From: an uncultured bacterium
GTDB taxonomy: Bacteria > Edwardsbacteria > AC1 > EtOH8
NCBI GenBank assembly: GCA_964588285.1
Contig: CAZPNX010000001.1
Span: 143-64,142 of the forward strand
DNA: 64,000 nt
Direction of reading: 5' to 3'
Under the pieces are notes generated by a model. That model worked only from the letters and a program-made list of their open reading frames with translations. It was not told the origin of the DNA and did not search any database. A program made the position numbers and the translations under genes. Below are positions 38,922-47,360 of this stretch, piece after piece (positions within the stretch are counted from its first letter, which is position 1; the number at the start of each line of letters is the position of its first letter).

Positions 38922-40694
38922 ATGGCGCAGAACCTGGCCGAGATGCTGATGAAGATGGGCCTTTTAACCAAGGCCCAGTACGATAAAGCGGTGCTGGAGC
39001 AGAAGACGGCGGCCGAGCCTCAGGCGGCCACCTTGGTGCGCCTGGGCATGGTCACCGAGAACGTCATGACCCAGTTTCTCTCCCGCCAGTTCAACGTACC
39101 CTCCATGGACCTGTCAAACTTTCAGGTGGAGCCGGCAGTGCTGAAGCTGGTCAAGGCCGACGTGGCCAACCGCTTCCTGGCGGTGCCCATCAAGCGGTTG
39201 GGCCGCAGCCTGACGGTGGCCATGGTCGATCCCTCGGATATCTTCGCCCTGGAGGATATCAAGTTTCTCACCGGGCTGGAGGTCAAGCCGGTGGCCGCCG
39301 GCTACAACGCCATCCGCAAACTCTTGGAGCAGCATTATCCTCTGGGAAAGGACCTGACGGTCATCTCGGAGACGGCCGGAAATCTTGCCCAGATCAAGGA
39401 TCAGGTTCTGGAGGAGCTGCCCGTATCCGAACTGGCCGAGGCCGGCTCCGGGGACATGGAGATGGAGTGGGTGGACGATGGGGAGGTCGAGGAGGACGTG
39501 GACATCTCCCAACTGCAGCAGGCCGGCCAGGCCACCCCGGTGGTCAAGATGGTAAACTACATCATGACCGAGGCGGTGCGGCGAGGGGCCTCGGACATCC
39601 ACATTGAGCCCTACGAGAAACTGTTCCGGGTGCGCCTGCGTCAGGACGGGGTGCTGCAGACCCTGATGGAGCCGCCCCTGAGGATGAAGGCTCCGTTGGT
39701 GGCCCGCATCAAGGTCATGTCCAAGCTCAACGTCACCGAGAGGCGCAAGCCCCAGGATGGCCGCATCGCCCTCAAGGTGCTGGGGAAGAAGATCGACCTG
39801 CGGGTTTCCACACTGCCGGTGCTGTTCGGCGAAAAGGTGGTGATGCGTATCTTGGACGCCAGCTCCCTGACGCTGGACCTGGCCAACTTTGGCTTTACAG
39901 AGCTGGCCCTGCGCAACTTCATGAAGGCCATCCACGCCCCCTACGGCATTCTGCTGATAACCGGCCCCACCGGCTCGGGCAAGACCACCACATTGTACTC
40001 GGCCCTGTCCCAGCTGAACACGCCCGACCGCCACATTCTGACGGTGGAGGACCCCATCGAGTACAACCTTAAGGGCATAAACCAGATCCAGGCCGAGCCC
40101 CAGATAGGCCTGACCTTTGGGGCGGCCCTGAGGGCCATGCTCCGGCAGGCGCCCAATATCATCATGCTGGGCGAGATCCGTGACGGGCCGACGGCCGAAA
40201 TCGCGGTCCGGGCGGCTCTCACCGGACACCTGGTTCTATCCACCCTGCACACCAACGACGCCCCGTCCTCGGTGTCGCGTCTGATAGACATGGGCATCGA
40301 GCCGTTCCTGGTGGCCTCCTCGTGCATTCTGATCCAGGCCCAGCGTTTGGTGCGCCGCATTTGCAAACAGTGTAAGGCCCCGGCCAATGTCAACCCCCAG
40401 CTTTTGTACGACATGGGATACAAACCCGAGGACATCAAGGATGTGGCCTTCTTCAAGGGCAAAGGCTGCTCGGTCTGCAACAATACCGGATACAAGGGCC
40501 GGGTGGGTCTGTACGAGGTGATGCCCATCACCCCGGAGATACGGGAGATGATACTTACCAAGCAGGCGGTGACCACCATTCGGGCCAAGGCGGTGGAGCA
40601 GGGCATGCTCACCCTGCGCATGGACGCCTGGGGCAAGGTCAAGCAGGGGATGACCACGGTGGAGGAGATGATCCGGGAAACGGCCGAAGGCTAA
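38922..40694 (+). CDS. pilB: PilB/GspE-family ATPase (paralogue 3); N-domain MshEN motifs degenerate
   Basis: 'GPTGSGKTTT', 'CKQC...CSVC'. N-domain 'NLAEMLMKMGLLTKAQYDKAVLEQ' (LG to LA) and 'AATLVRLGMVTENVMTQFLSRQ' (leading RLG lost). Confidence 0.9.
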   Translation: MAQNLAEMLMKMGLLTKAQYDKAVLEQKTAAEPQAATLVRLGMVTENVMTQFLSRQFNVPSMDLSNFQVEPAVLKLVKADVANRFLAVPIKRLGRSLTVAMVDPSDIFALEDIKFLTGLEVKPVAAGYNAIRKLLEQHYPLGKDLTVISETAGNLAQIKDQVLEELPVSELAEAGSGDMEMEWVDDGEVEEDVDISQLQQAGQATPVVKMVNYIMTEAVRRGASDIHIEPYEKLFRVRLRQDGVLQTLMEPPLRMKAPLVARIKVMSKLNVTERRKPQDGRIALKVLGKKIDLRVSTLPVLFGEKVVMRILDASSLTLDLANFGFTELALRNFMKAIHAPYGILLITGPTGSGKTTTLYSALSQLNTPDRHILTVEDPIEYNLKGINQIQAEPQIGLTFGAALRAMLRQAPNIIMLGEIRDGPTAEIAVRAALTGHLVLSTLHTNDAPSSVSRLIDMGIEPFLVASSCILIQAQRLVRRICKQCKAPANVNPQLLYDMGYKPEDIKDVAFFKGKGCSVCNNTGYKGRVGLYEVMPITPEIREMILTKQAVTTIRAKAVEQGMLTLRMDAWGKVKQGMTTVEEMIRETAEG

Positions 40695-40789
40695 CACTAA
40701 GAAACACAAAATACAAAATCCAAATCTCAAAAGATCAGCGCCAAAGCCGTACTTTGAATTTTGAATTTTGGATTTAGAGGAGTAAAGAG

Positions 40790-41863
40790 ATGATCACCCT
40801 GCAGCAGCTTCTGGAGGAACTGATCCAAAAGAAGGCCACCGACCTCCACCTGACGGCCGGGGTGCCCCCGGTTTTCCGCATCGACGGGGAGCTGGTCCAG
40901 TCCAACCACGAGATCATGACCCCGCAGATGACCGAGCAGCTGGCCTACAGCATTCTTACCGACCAGCGGAAAAAGCGCTTTGAAATGGAAAAGGAACTGG
41001 ACCTGTCCATAGGCATCACCGGCCTGTCGCGATTTAGGGGCAACGTCTTCCTGCAGCGGGGCGGGGTGGCCATGGCCCTGCGCACCATTCCCTGGGAGAT
41101 CCGCTCCTTCCAGGCCCTGGGTCTGCCTCCGGTGGCGGCCGAGCTGTCCGACAAGCCCAAGGGGCTGGTGCTGGTGACCGGGCCCACCGGTTCCGGCAAA
41201 TCCACCACCCTGGCCACCATGCTGGACAAGGTCAATTCCGAGCGCCGCTCCCACATTCTGACAGTGGAGGACCCCATCGAATATATGCACCACCACAAGA
41301 AGTGCATCGTCAACCAGCGGGAATTGGAGTCAGACACCAAGAGCTTCGGAAACGCCCTGAAGTACGCCCTGCGCCAGGATCCGGACGTGGTGCTGATAGG
41401 CGAAATGCGGGACCTGGAAACCATCGAGGCCGCTTTGCGCATCTCGGAGACCGGGCACCTGACCTTTGCCACCCTGCACACCAACTCGGCCATGGAGTCC
41501 ATCCACCGCATCATCGACGTCTTCCCGCCGCACCAGCAGTCACAGGTGCGGGCCCAGCTGGCCTTTGTGCTGGAGGGGGTGATGACCCAGCAGCTGGTGC
41601 CTATGACCCGCGGGGGCCGCTGTCTGGCGTTGGAGATCATGATCTGCACCCCGGCCATCAAAGCCCTGATCCGCGACGACAAGGTTCACCAAATCTACTC
41701 CCTGATGCAGGCCGGCCAGAAGTACGGCATGCAGACCATGAACCAATCACTGTTCCAGCTGTTTATGGACAAGAAGATTTCTTTAGACACGGCCCTGGAT
41801 TACTCTCCGGCTGTGGAAGAGCTGGATCAGATGATCAAGCGGAGAACGGCAAACGCGGTGTGA
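40790..41863 (+). CDS. pilT: twitching motility retraction ATPase PilT
   Basis: Lacks the GspE N-domain. 'ATDLHLTAGVPPVFRIDGEL', Walker A 'GPTGSGKSTT', 'AIKALIRDDKVHQIYSLMQAGQKYGMQTMNQSL' PilT C-terminal motif. Confidence 0.9.
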   Translation: MITLQQLLEELIQKKATDLHLTAGVPPVFRIDGELVQSNHEIMTPQMTEQLAYSILTDQRKKRFEMEKELDLSIGITGLSRFRGNVFLQRGGVAMALRTIPWEIRSFQALGLPPVAAELSDKPKGLVLVTGPTGSGKSTTLATMLDKVNSERRSHILTVEDPIEYMHHHKKCIVNQRELESDTKSFGNALKYALRQDPDVVLIGEMRDLETIEAALRISETGHLTFATLHTNSAMESIHRIIDVFPPHQQSQVRAQLAFVLEGVMTQQLVPMTRGGRCLALEIMICTPAIKALIRDDKVHQIYSLMQAGQKYGMQTMNQSLFQLFMDKKISLDTALDYSPAVEELDQMIKRRTANAV

Positions 41864-42227
41864 GAGGACAGGAATTTTCATCCCGCGCATTTCCCATGCC
41901 TGGCAAATTGATGAGGTGCCCTGAGGCGGGCATACACGACTGCATGCGAAGGGGATGACGAGCAGAGTCGCCCTTCAGTTTGCCGGGCAGGGAGCCATCC
42001 CTCGGCAGGCGTTTGACCGAGCTCAAGCCTAGGTCTCGGGACAAGACTCAGGGTGACAAGTAAGCAGAAAACCTGTCATCCCGAGAAAGGCGGAGTGCCC
42101 GACAGGCTGTGGGATGACGATAAAGCAGAAAAGCCTCACCCTTCATCCAGTCAGGCGAGAATGCCAGATTCAGGGTGACAGCATGGAAGGTTAATAACAC
42201 TAGATAAACCCCATAGGGAGCACCAAA
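41864..42227. repeat. cluster of 4-5 imperfect ~40-nt dispersed repeats in the pilT-pilC spacer
   Basis: Units such as 'GGGGATGACGAGCAGAGTCGCCCTTCAGTTTGCCGGGCAGGG' and 'GGGATGACGATAAAGCAGAAAAGCCTCACCCTTCATCCAGTCAGGC'. Related copies lie at ~43490-43560 and 61930-62005. Confidence 0.5.
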
Positions 42228-43442
42228 ATGCCAGTCTACGTATGGAAGGGGCGGGACTCCAAGTCCGGCATTGCTACCGGCGAGATGACGGCCGAAAACG
42301 AGGCGGCAGTCATCGAGGCCCTGCGCAAACGGAACGTCATCGTCTCCTCGGTCAGGCCCAAGCCCAAAGAGCTGAAGATGCCGGGCTTCATGGCCAGCAA
42401 GGTCTCCAGCCGGGACCTGTCCATCTTTACCCGCCAGTTTGCCACCATGATCAACGCCGGCCTGCCCCTGGTGCAGTGCCTGGAGATCCAGGCCGCCCAG
42501 CAGGAGAGCCCGGTGTTCAAGAAGGTTATCGAACAGGTGAAAACCGACGTCGAGGGCGGCTCCACCTTGGCCGAGGCCCTTAAGCGGCAGAAGCAGGTCT
42601 TCTCCGAGCTATACATCAACATGGCCGCGGCCGGAGAGGCCGGCGGTATTTTGGACAACATCCTTCTCCGCCTGGCGGTCTACTTGGAGAAGGCCGAGGC
42701 CCTGGCCCGGAAGATCAAAGGGGCCATGATCTACCCGGTGATCATGATCTGCGTGGCCATCGGCGCGGCCGCGGTGCTCTTGATATTCGTCATCCCCATC
42801 TTCGAGAAAATGTTCGGCGAGATGGGGGCCAAGCTGCCGGGCCCAACCCTGTTTGTCATCGGGCTTTCCAAATTTCTTCAAAAATATATAATTCTGATAA
42901 TTGCCGTCATTGCCGGAGCCATCTTCGCCATTCGCAACTGGTACAAAACAGACAAGGGCCAGTTATTTTTAGACCAGTTGATGCTGAAGATTCCCATTCT
43001 GGGAGACCTGCAGCAGAAATCTTCCATCGCCCGGTTCGCCCGGACCCTGGGGACGCTCTTGGCCTCGGGCGTGGCCATTTTGGACGCTCTGGAGATCACG
43101 GCCAAGACGGCCGGCAACCGGGTGGTCCAGGACGCCATTTTGTCGGCCCGCAAGTCAATCGGCGGCGGCGAGACCATCTCGGCGCCTTTAAAGACCATGA
43201 AGATCTTCCCGCCGATGGTGGTCCAGATGATCTCGGTGGGCGAGGCCACCGGCGGCCTGGACGAGATGCTCAACAAGATCGCCGATTTCTACGACGAGGA
43301 GGTGGACACCGCGGTGGAGAACCTGACCGCGGCCATGGAGCCCATGATCATGGTGGTTTTGGGCTTGGGCATTGGCGGCCTGGTGATCTCCATGTATCTG
43401 CCCATCTTCACCATGACCTCGGCCCTGATGGGCGGTAAATGA
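42228..43442 (+). CDS. pilC: type IV pilus platform protein PilC (GspF family)
   Basis: Duplicated GspF domains, 3 TM helices, 'MPVYVWKGRDSKSGIATGEMTAENEAAVIEALRKRNV' N-terminus. Confidence 0.9.
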   Translation: MPVYVWKGRDSKSGIATGEMTAENEAAVIEALRKRNVIVSSVRPKPKELKMPGFMASKVSSRDLSIFTRQFATMINAGLPLVQCLEIQAAQQESPVFKKVIEQVKTDVEGGSTLAEALKRQKQVFSELYINMAAAGEAGGILDNILLRLAVYLEKAEALARKIKGAMIYPVIMICVAIGAAAVLLIFVIPIFEKMFGEMGAKLPGPTLFVIGLSKFLQKYIILIIAVIAGAIFAIRNWYKTDKGQLFLDQLMLKIPILGDLQQKSSIARFARTLGTLLASGVAILDALEITAKTAGNRVVQDAILSARKSIGGGETISAPLKTMKIFPPMVVQMISVGEATGGLDEMLNKIADFYDEEVDTAVENLTAAMEPMIMVVLGLGIGGLVISMYLPIFTMTSALMGGK

Positions 43443-43687
43443 CGGACACTCCTGTTAAAGCGATGTCCTGAGGTGGGCAAAGAGGAGGGAATGATTCTAG
43501 CGTCATTCCCTACGAAGTCAAACCAGAGATAGTGCTCGGCCTCATCCTTCAACCAGTAGGGCATGGACCAATCTCTCGGTGGCAGAAAACGAACCACCCC
43601 TCGTTCCTCTCAATAAAAATAGAGGGGAGTAAGGGGTGGTCAATTATAAGGATCAACTATTGTTAAGTACACCTCTAAAATCTACTC

Positions 43688-45904
43688 ATGAACCTTAAAA
43701 CCCCGTTTGCCGGCAATATTTCCTGGCTGGTTCGGTTGGGGCTTATGGTCCTGCTCCTGACCAGCGCGGCCGCCCTGGGCCGAATGGGCGTTCTTTCGAT
43801 CCGGCTGGGATGGGCTTTGTTGTTCAGCGCCGTATATCTGGCGGCCACCGCCGGACTGGCCGTCTGGAGGCGTCCGGATCTGAGGGCTGCAGCCGATTAC
43901 GCTCACATTTTGCTGGATATTTTATGGATTTTCGCCTTCATCCGGGCCGTGGGCGGGGCAGAAAGCCCGTTCTCACTGCTCTTCTTCCTGACCATCATCC
44001 AGGCGGCCAACGTCCGTTTTTTACGGGGGGCCATCGGGTCGGCGGCGCTCTCCAGCTTGGCCTTTGCCCTTTTGCTAGTCATGGAGTATAAATCCTGGGC
44101 CGCCGTTCAGCAGGGGGCGGGGTCGGCCGAGCTGATGGCCGCCTTCAGGGCCGACTTCCTTTTCCGGGGATATGTCTACGCCATCTGCTTCTTTGTGGTG
44201 GCCGCGCTTTCCGGCATCCTGGCCGAGAGGCTACGCCTTAAGGGCCGCCAGCTGGAGGCGGCCGCCCGCGGCTGGGAGGAGTTCCGTCTCTCCACCGGAG
44301 ACATCCTCAAGAAAATGGGCTCCGGCCTGCTGACGGTCAACGCCAACGGCCAGGTACGCTATTGCAACCGGACCGGGGCCGAAATTTTGGGCCTAGCAGA
44401 AGACAATATCGAGGGTTTGCAGATCAGCGAGGCCTTTAAGGGGAGGAACAACGCCTTTGGTTCGATTCTGGAATCAACCCTGCGGGCCGATCTGGAGCCG
44501 CCGGATGATGAAAGCCAGAGTGCCCAGGCCTCCAAGCGCCGATTGACCGATGTCCGTCGGGAACTGATTCTGCAGCGGGAGGATGGGTCGGAAATACCAA
44601 TCGGCATAAGCACCACCACGGTGCGGGACGCCGAGGGCAGGGTGCAGGGTCTGATCGCCATTTTCCAAAACCTGACAGAGGCCAAGCGCATTGAGGGCCG
44701 CCTGCAACAGATGGAGAAACTGGAGGCCCAGAACGAGCACACCCATATATTGTTGACCATGGTCCAGCCGATGCTGGCCGGCATCGAGCAGGACATCGGC
44801 CGGGCGACCGAGCGCTTTTCCGGGGCCGAGCTTGAAGAGTTGTCCCGGGACATCGGGGCCAAGGTGGAATCGGTGCGCCGGGTGATTGAGGACTTCATGC
44901 GCTATGCCCGGATCGAGATCCCCCAGGAACGCCGTGAGGACGGGGGGAATCCGCCGTCCGAAGAGAAGGCGGTCATCGGACGTTCCCGTATTTTTCTAAA
45001 AACCATGGAGCTGGTGGGACAGGTGGCGGCCTCTGACAGCACGGTGCTGCTCCAGGGCGAGTCCGGCACCGGCAAGGAGCTGCTGGCCCGGGAGATCCAC
45101 CGGTTAAGCAAGCGGCGCCACGGGCCTTTCGTCACCATCAACTGCGCCGCCCTGCCCGAGGGTCTTTTGGAGTCCGAGCTTTTTGGGCATGTCCGGGGCT
45201 CGTTCACCGGGGCGGTGCGGGACAAGGACGGTCTGTTTAGGGCAGCCGACGGGGGCACCTTCTTTTTGGACGAGGTTTCCGAGACTTCGCCGGCCATCCA
45301 GGTCAAGCTTTTAAGGGTGCTGCAAGAGAGGGAGATCGTTCCGGTCGGCGGTTCCAAGCCCATCAAGGTGGATGTCAGGTTGATTTCGGCCACCAATGCC
45401 GTTTTGGCAGACTTGGTGGAAAAGGGCCGGTTCCGCAGCGACCTGTTCTACCGGCTTAATGTAATCCCCATAAGCATTCCGCCCCTAAGGGAGCGGGAGG
45501 ATGACATCCTGCTGTTGGCCGAGCACTTTATCGCCAAATACTGCCAAAAGACGGGAAAGCCAATGATGGGGTTTTCCGAGCGGGCCGAGAAGGCCTTAAA
45601 ATCGTATAGATGGCCTGGGAACGTCAGGGAGCTGGAGAACGCCATGGAAAGGGCGGTGGTGGTTTCAGATTCGGTCAAAATAGAATTGGAGGACCTGCCC
45701 AAGAACGTTCAGGAGGCTGGGAAGTCACAGAAACAAATCCCTGAAATCAGGGCCGGCGAAGGGACCCTGCGCGAAAAGGAGATGGAGTCCATTGTCCGCG
45801 CTCTTAGGGAGGAGAAAGGCAACAAGAAGCTGGCGGCCAAAAGGTTGGGGATACATTACGCCACGCTGTATCGGAAGATCAAGCAGTATGGGCTGGAAGG
45901 CTAA
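43688..45904 (+). CDS. sigma-54-dependent transcriptional activator with N-terminal integral-membrane sensor and PAS domain (no receiver domain)
   Basis: ~190-aa N-terminus with 5-6 TM helices, then a PAS-like region ('[22 protein letters not shown]'). AAA+ sigma54 domain '[18 protein letters not shown]', 'GSFTGA', 'GGTFFLDEV'. C-terminal Fis-type HTH '[23 protein letters not shown]'. Confidence 0.85.
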   Translation: MNLKTPFAGNISWLVRLGLMVLLLTSAAALGRMGVLSIRLGWALLFSAVYLAATAGLAVWRRPDLRAAADYAHILLDILWIFAFIRAVGGAESPFSLLFFLTIIQAANVRFLRGAIGSAALSSLAFALLLVMEYKSWAAVQQGAGSAELMAAFRADFLFRGYVYAICFFVVAALSGILAERLRLKGRQLEAAARGWEEFRLSTGDILKKMGSGLLTVNANGQVRYCNRTGAEILGLAEDNIEGLQISEAFKGRNNAFGSILESTLRADLEPPDDESQSAQASKRRLTDVRRELILQREDGSEIPIGISTTTVRDAEGRVQGLIAIFQNLTEAKRIEGRLQQMEKLEAQNEHTHILLTMVQPMLAGIEQDIGRATERFSGAELEELSRDIGAKVESVRRVIEDFMRYARIEIPQERREDGGNPPSEEKAVIGRSRIFLKTMELVGQVAASDSTVLLQGESGTGKELLAREIHRLSKRRHGPFVTINCAALPEGLLESELFGHVRGSFTGAVRDKDGLFRAADGGTFFLDEVSETSPAIQVKLLRVLQEREIVPVGGSKPIKVDVRLISATNAVLADLVEKGRFRSDLFYRLNVIPISIPPLREREDDILLLAEHFIAKYCQKTGKPMMGFSERAEKALKSYRWPGNVRELENAMERAVVVSDSVKIELEDLPKNVQEAGKSQKQIPEIRAGEGTLREKEMESIVRALREEKGNKKLAAKRLGIHYATLYRKIKQYGLEG

Positions 45905-45993
45905 CATACCCACCTCGAACATGCCCTTCGGCTATGCTCAGGGCAGCGCTCGGTATATGCCACGTTCCCATCGATTCTAAGTGAACAAGGCAT

Positions 45994-46025
45994 ATTGCAA
46001 AATGCGAAAAGTTGCATTTTGCAAT
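45994..46025. promoter_or_regulatory. perfect 12-bp inverted repeat (candidate enhancer/UAS) upstream of the pilin sigma-54 promoter
   Basis: ATTGCAAAATGC-gaaaagtt-GCATTTTGCAAT, ~115 bp upstream of the -24 element. Confidence 0.45.
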
Positions 46026-46138
46026 ATAAAAGAACAGTAAGAAAATTAAGAAAACATTGCTGGAAATATCTGTGATTTATAAACTCTTTATATTCAAAGA
46101 CTAACAAAATCATAAAAATTATAAAAAACTGTTGACTT

Positions 46139-46154
46139 TGGCACTTCGATTGCA
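46139..46154 (+). promoter_or_regulatory. sigma-54 (-24/-12) promoter of the major pilin gene
   Basis: TGGCAC-ttcga-TTGCA exactly matches the TGGCAC-N5-TTGC(A/T) consensus, 67 nt upstream of the pilin ATG and directly downstream of the sigma-54 activator gene. Confidence 0.75.
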
Positions 46155-46220
46155 TTATAATTTAATGGAATTCTAACAAAACCAACAACCAACCATTTAA
46201 CACTTTAGGAGGCAAAACGG

Positions 46221-46763
46221 ATGAACAACAAAGGCTTCACCCTCATCGAGCTGATGATCGTGGTGGTCATCATCGGCATCTTGGCAGCCATCGCCATCCC
46301 CAACTTCATCTCCATGCAAAACCGGGCTAAGGAAGCCAGCGTCAAGTCTAACATGCATACAATCCAGTTGGCGGCCGAGGACTTTAGCACCATTACCGAG
46401 GGAACATATCCTTCGGACTGCGCTACAACCATAGGGCAAGTAAGAACAGTCATTTTCGGCGCTGGCGATCCATTGGCAGCCGATCCTCGCTCGCTTTGTG
46501 GCGCAGCTGCCGGCTTAACTCCTGCCGCTGCCAACAGCATGGTCCCATCCAACATGAGAAATCCGATAGTGGGCGCCAATAACGCGTTCCAGTCGGTAGG
46601 TATCAATGCGGTGCACGCTCCCGGCACTTCGGGGACAGTCGGTTTCGAATCCTTTGACAACGCGGCAGCTACACCAGCTGCGATCGGAGCTGCCGTGCGG
46701 TACGAGATTGATGGTGACGGTGTCACCGCAGTCATAGCGACTGTATTGACCTCTGGTCAGTAA
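46221..46763 (+). CDS. pilA: type IVa major pilin (PilA-like)
   Basis: Prepilin leader 'MNNKG' then 'FTLIELMIVVVIIGILAAIAIPNF' (class III signal, Glu+5). SD AGGAGG. Ala/Pro/Ser/Thr-rich C-terminal half. Confidence 0.9.
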   Translation: MNNKGFTLIELMIVVVIIGILAAIAIPNFISMQNRAKEASVKSNMHTIQLAAEDFSTITEGTYPSDCATTIGQVRTVIFGAGDPLAADPRSLCGAAAGLTPAAANSMVPSNMRNPIVGANNAFQSVGINAVHAPGTSGTVGFESFDNAAATPAAIGAAVRYEIDGDGVTAVIATVLTSGQ

Positions 46764-46780
46764 TAATCAGCTCGATGGAA

Positions 46781-46815
46781 GATGGGCCGTATTGTAAAAT
46801 ACGGCCCATCTTTTT
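46781..46815 (+). terminator. rho-independent terminator after the pilin gene
   Basis: GATGGGCCGTAT-tgtaaa-ATACGGCCCATC followed by TTTTT. Confidence 0.75.
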
Positions 46816-46901
46816 CGAAATTCACAAAATGAATTTTAGGCGGACAGGAAATCTCTCGCCTCCTTTTCTCGAGAGAAGGGGTAAGGTGATGGGTTAAATT
46901 C

Positions 46902-47276
46902 TTGGATAAAAGATTATTAGCTTCTCTAGCTGTGATCGGACTCATGTCCTGCGCCTCCGACACGCCCGAGGCCGGGGTCAAACGCTACTGGCAGGCGGTG
47001 GCCGAGGGCAATGCCGACAAAATGCTGCGCACCCAGATTTACTATCGACCGGGGATGACCTCGGAATATCTGATGACGATAAAGGACATCGAATGGCTGT
47101 ATCTGGACAGCTGTTCCACGGTCTACCAGAGCCCGGCCCGAGCCATCGTCTACTACCAGGTGGTTTTTAAAAAAAGAGGACGGGCAAAGTCAACAAGATA
47201 TGCGACCGGCACCATGGTTATTCTACGCAACAGAAAGTGGCTGGTTGGGCGGCCGGTGGGTGCGATTCGCCGATGA
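46902..47276 (+). CDS. small predicted lipoprotein, unknown function
   Basis: TTG start; signal peptide with lipobox 'LMSC'. Sits between the two pilin genes. Confidence 0.5.
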   Translation: MDKRLLASLAVIGLMSCASDTPEAGVKRYWQAVAEGNADKMLRTQIYYRPGMTSEYLMTIKDIEWLYLDSCSTVYQSPARAIVYYQVVFKKRGRAKSTRYATGTMVILRNRKWLVGRPVGAIRR

Positions 47277-47360
47277 GTAATGCCGTCAATTATCCGGCCG
47301 GAATCTTAGCGAAGAGGTTGGGAAAAAATCGTTTTTTGCAGAAGAATACTGGAGGCCGAC

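Noticed and set aside
41864-42227. CRISPR array in the pilT-pilC spacer
   Set aside because: The repeats are imperfect (~75-85% identity), variably spaced and oriented, and there are no cas genes. This is inconsistent with a CRISPR array.
47277-47360. Sigma-54 promoter upstream of the HAMP-pilin gene
   Set aside because: The nearest GG...GC pair ('TGGGAAaaaatcgttttttGCag') has wrong spacing (16 nt instead of 10) and lacks the TGGCAC/TTGC cores. No convincing -24/-12 element is present.
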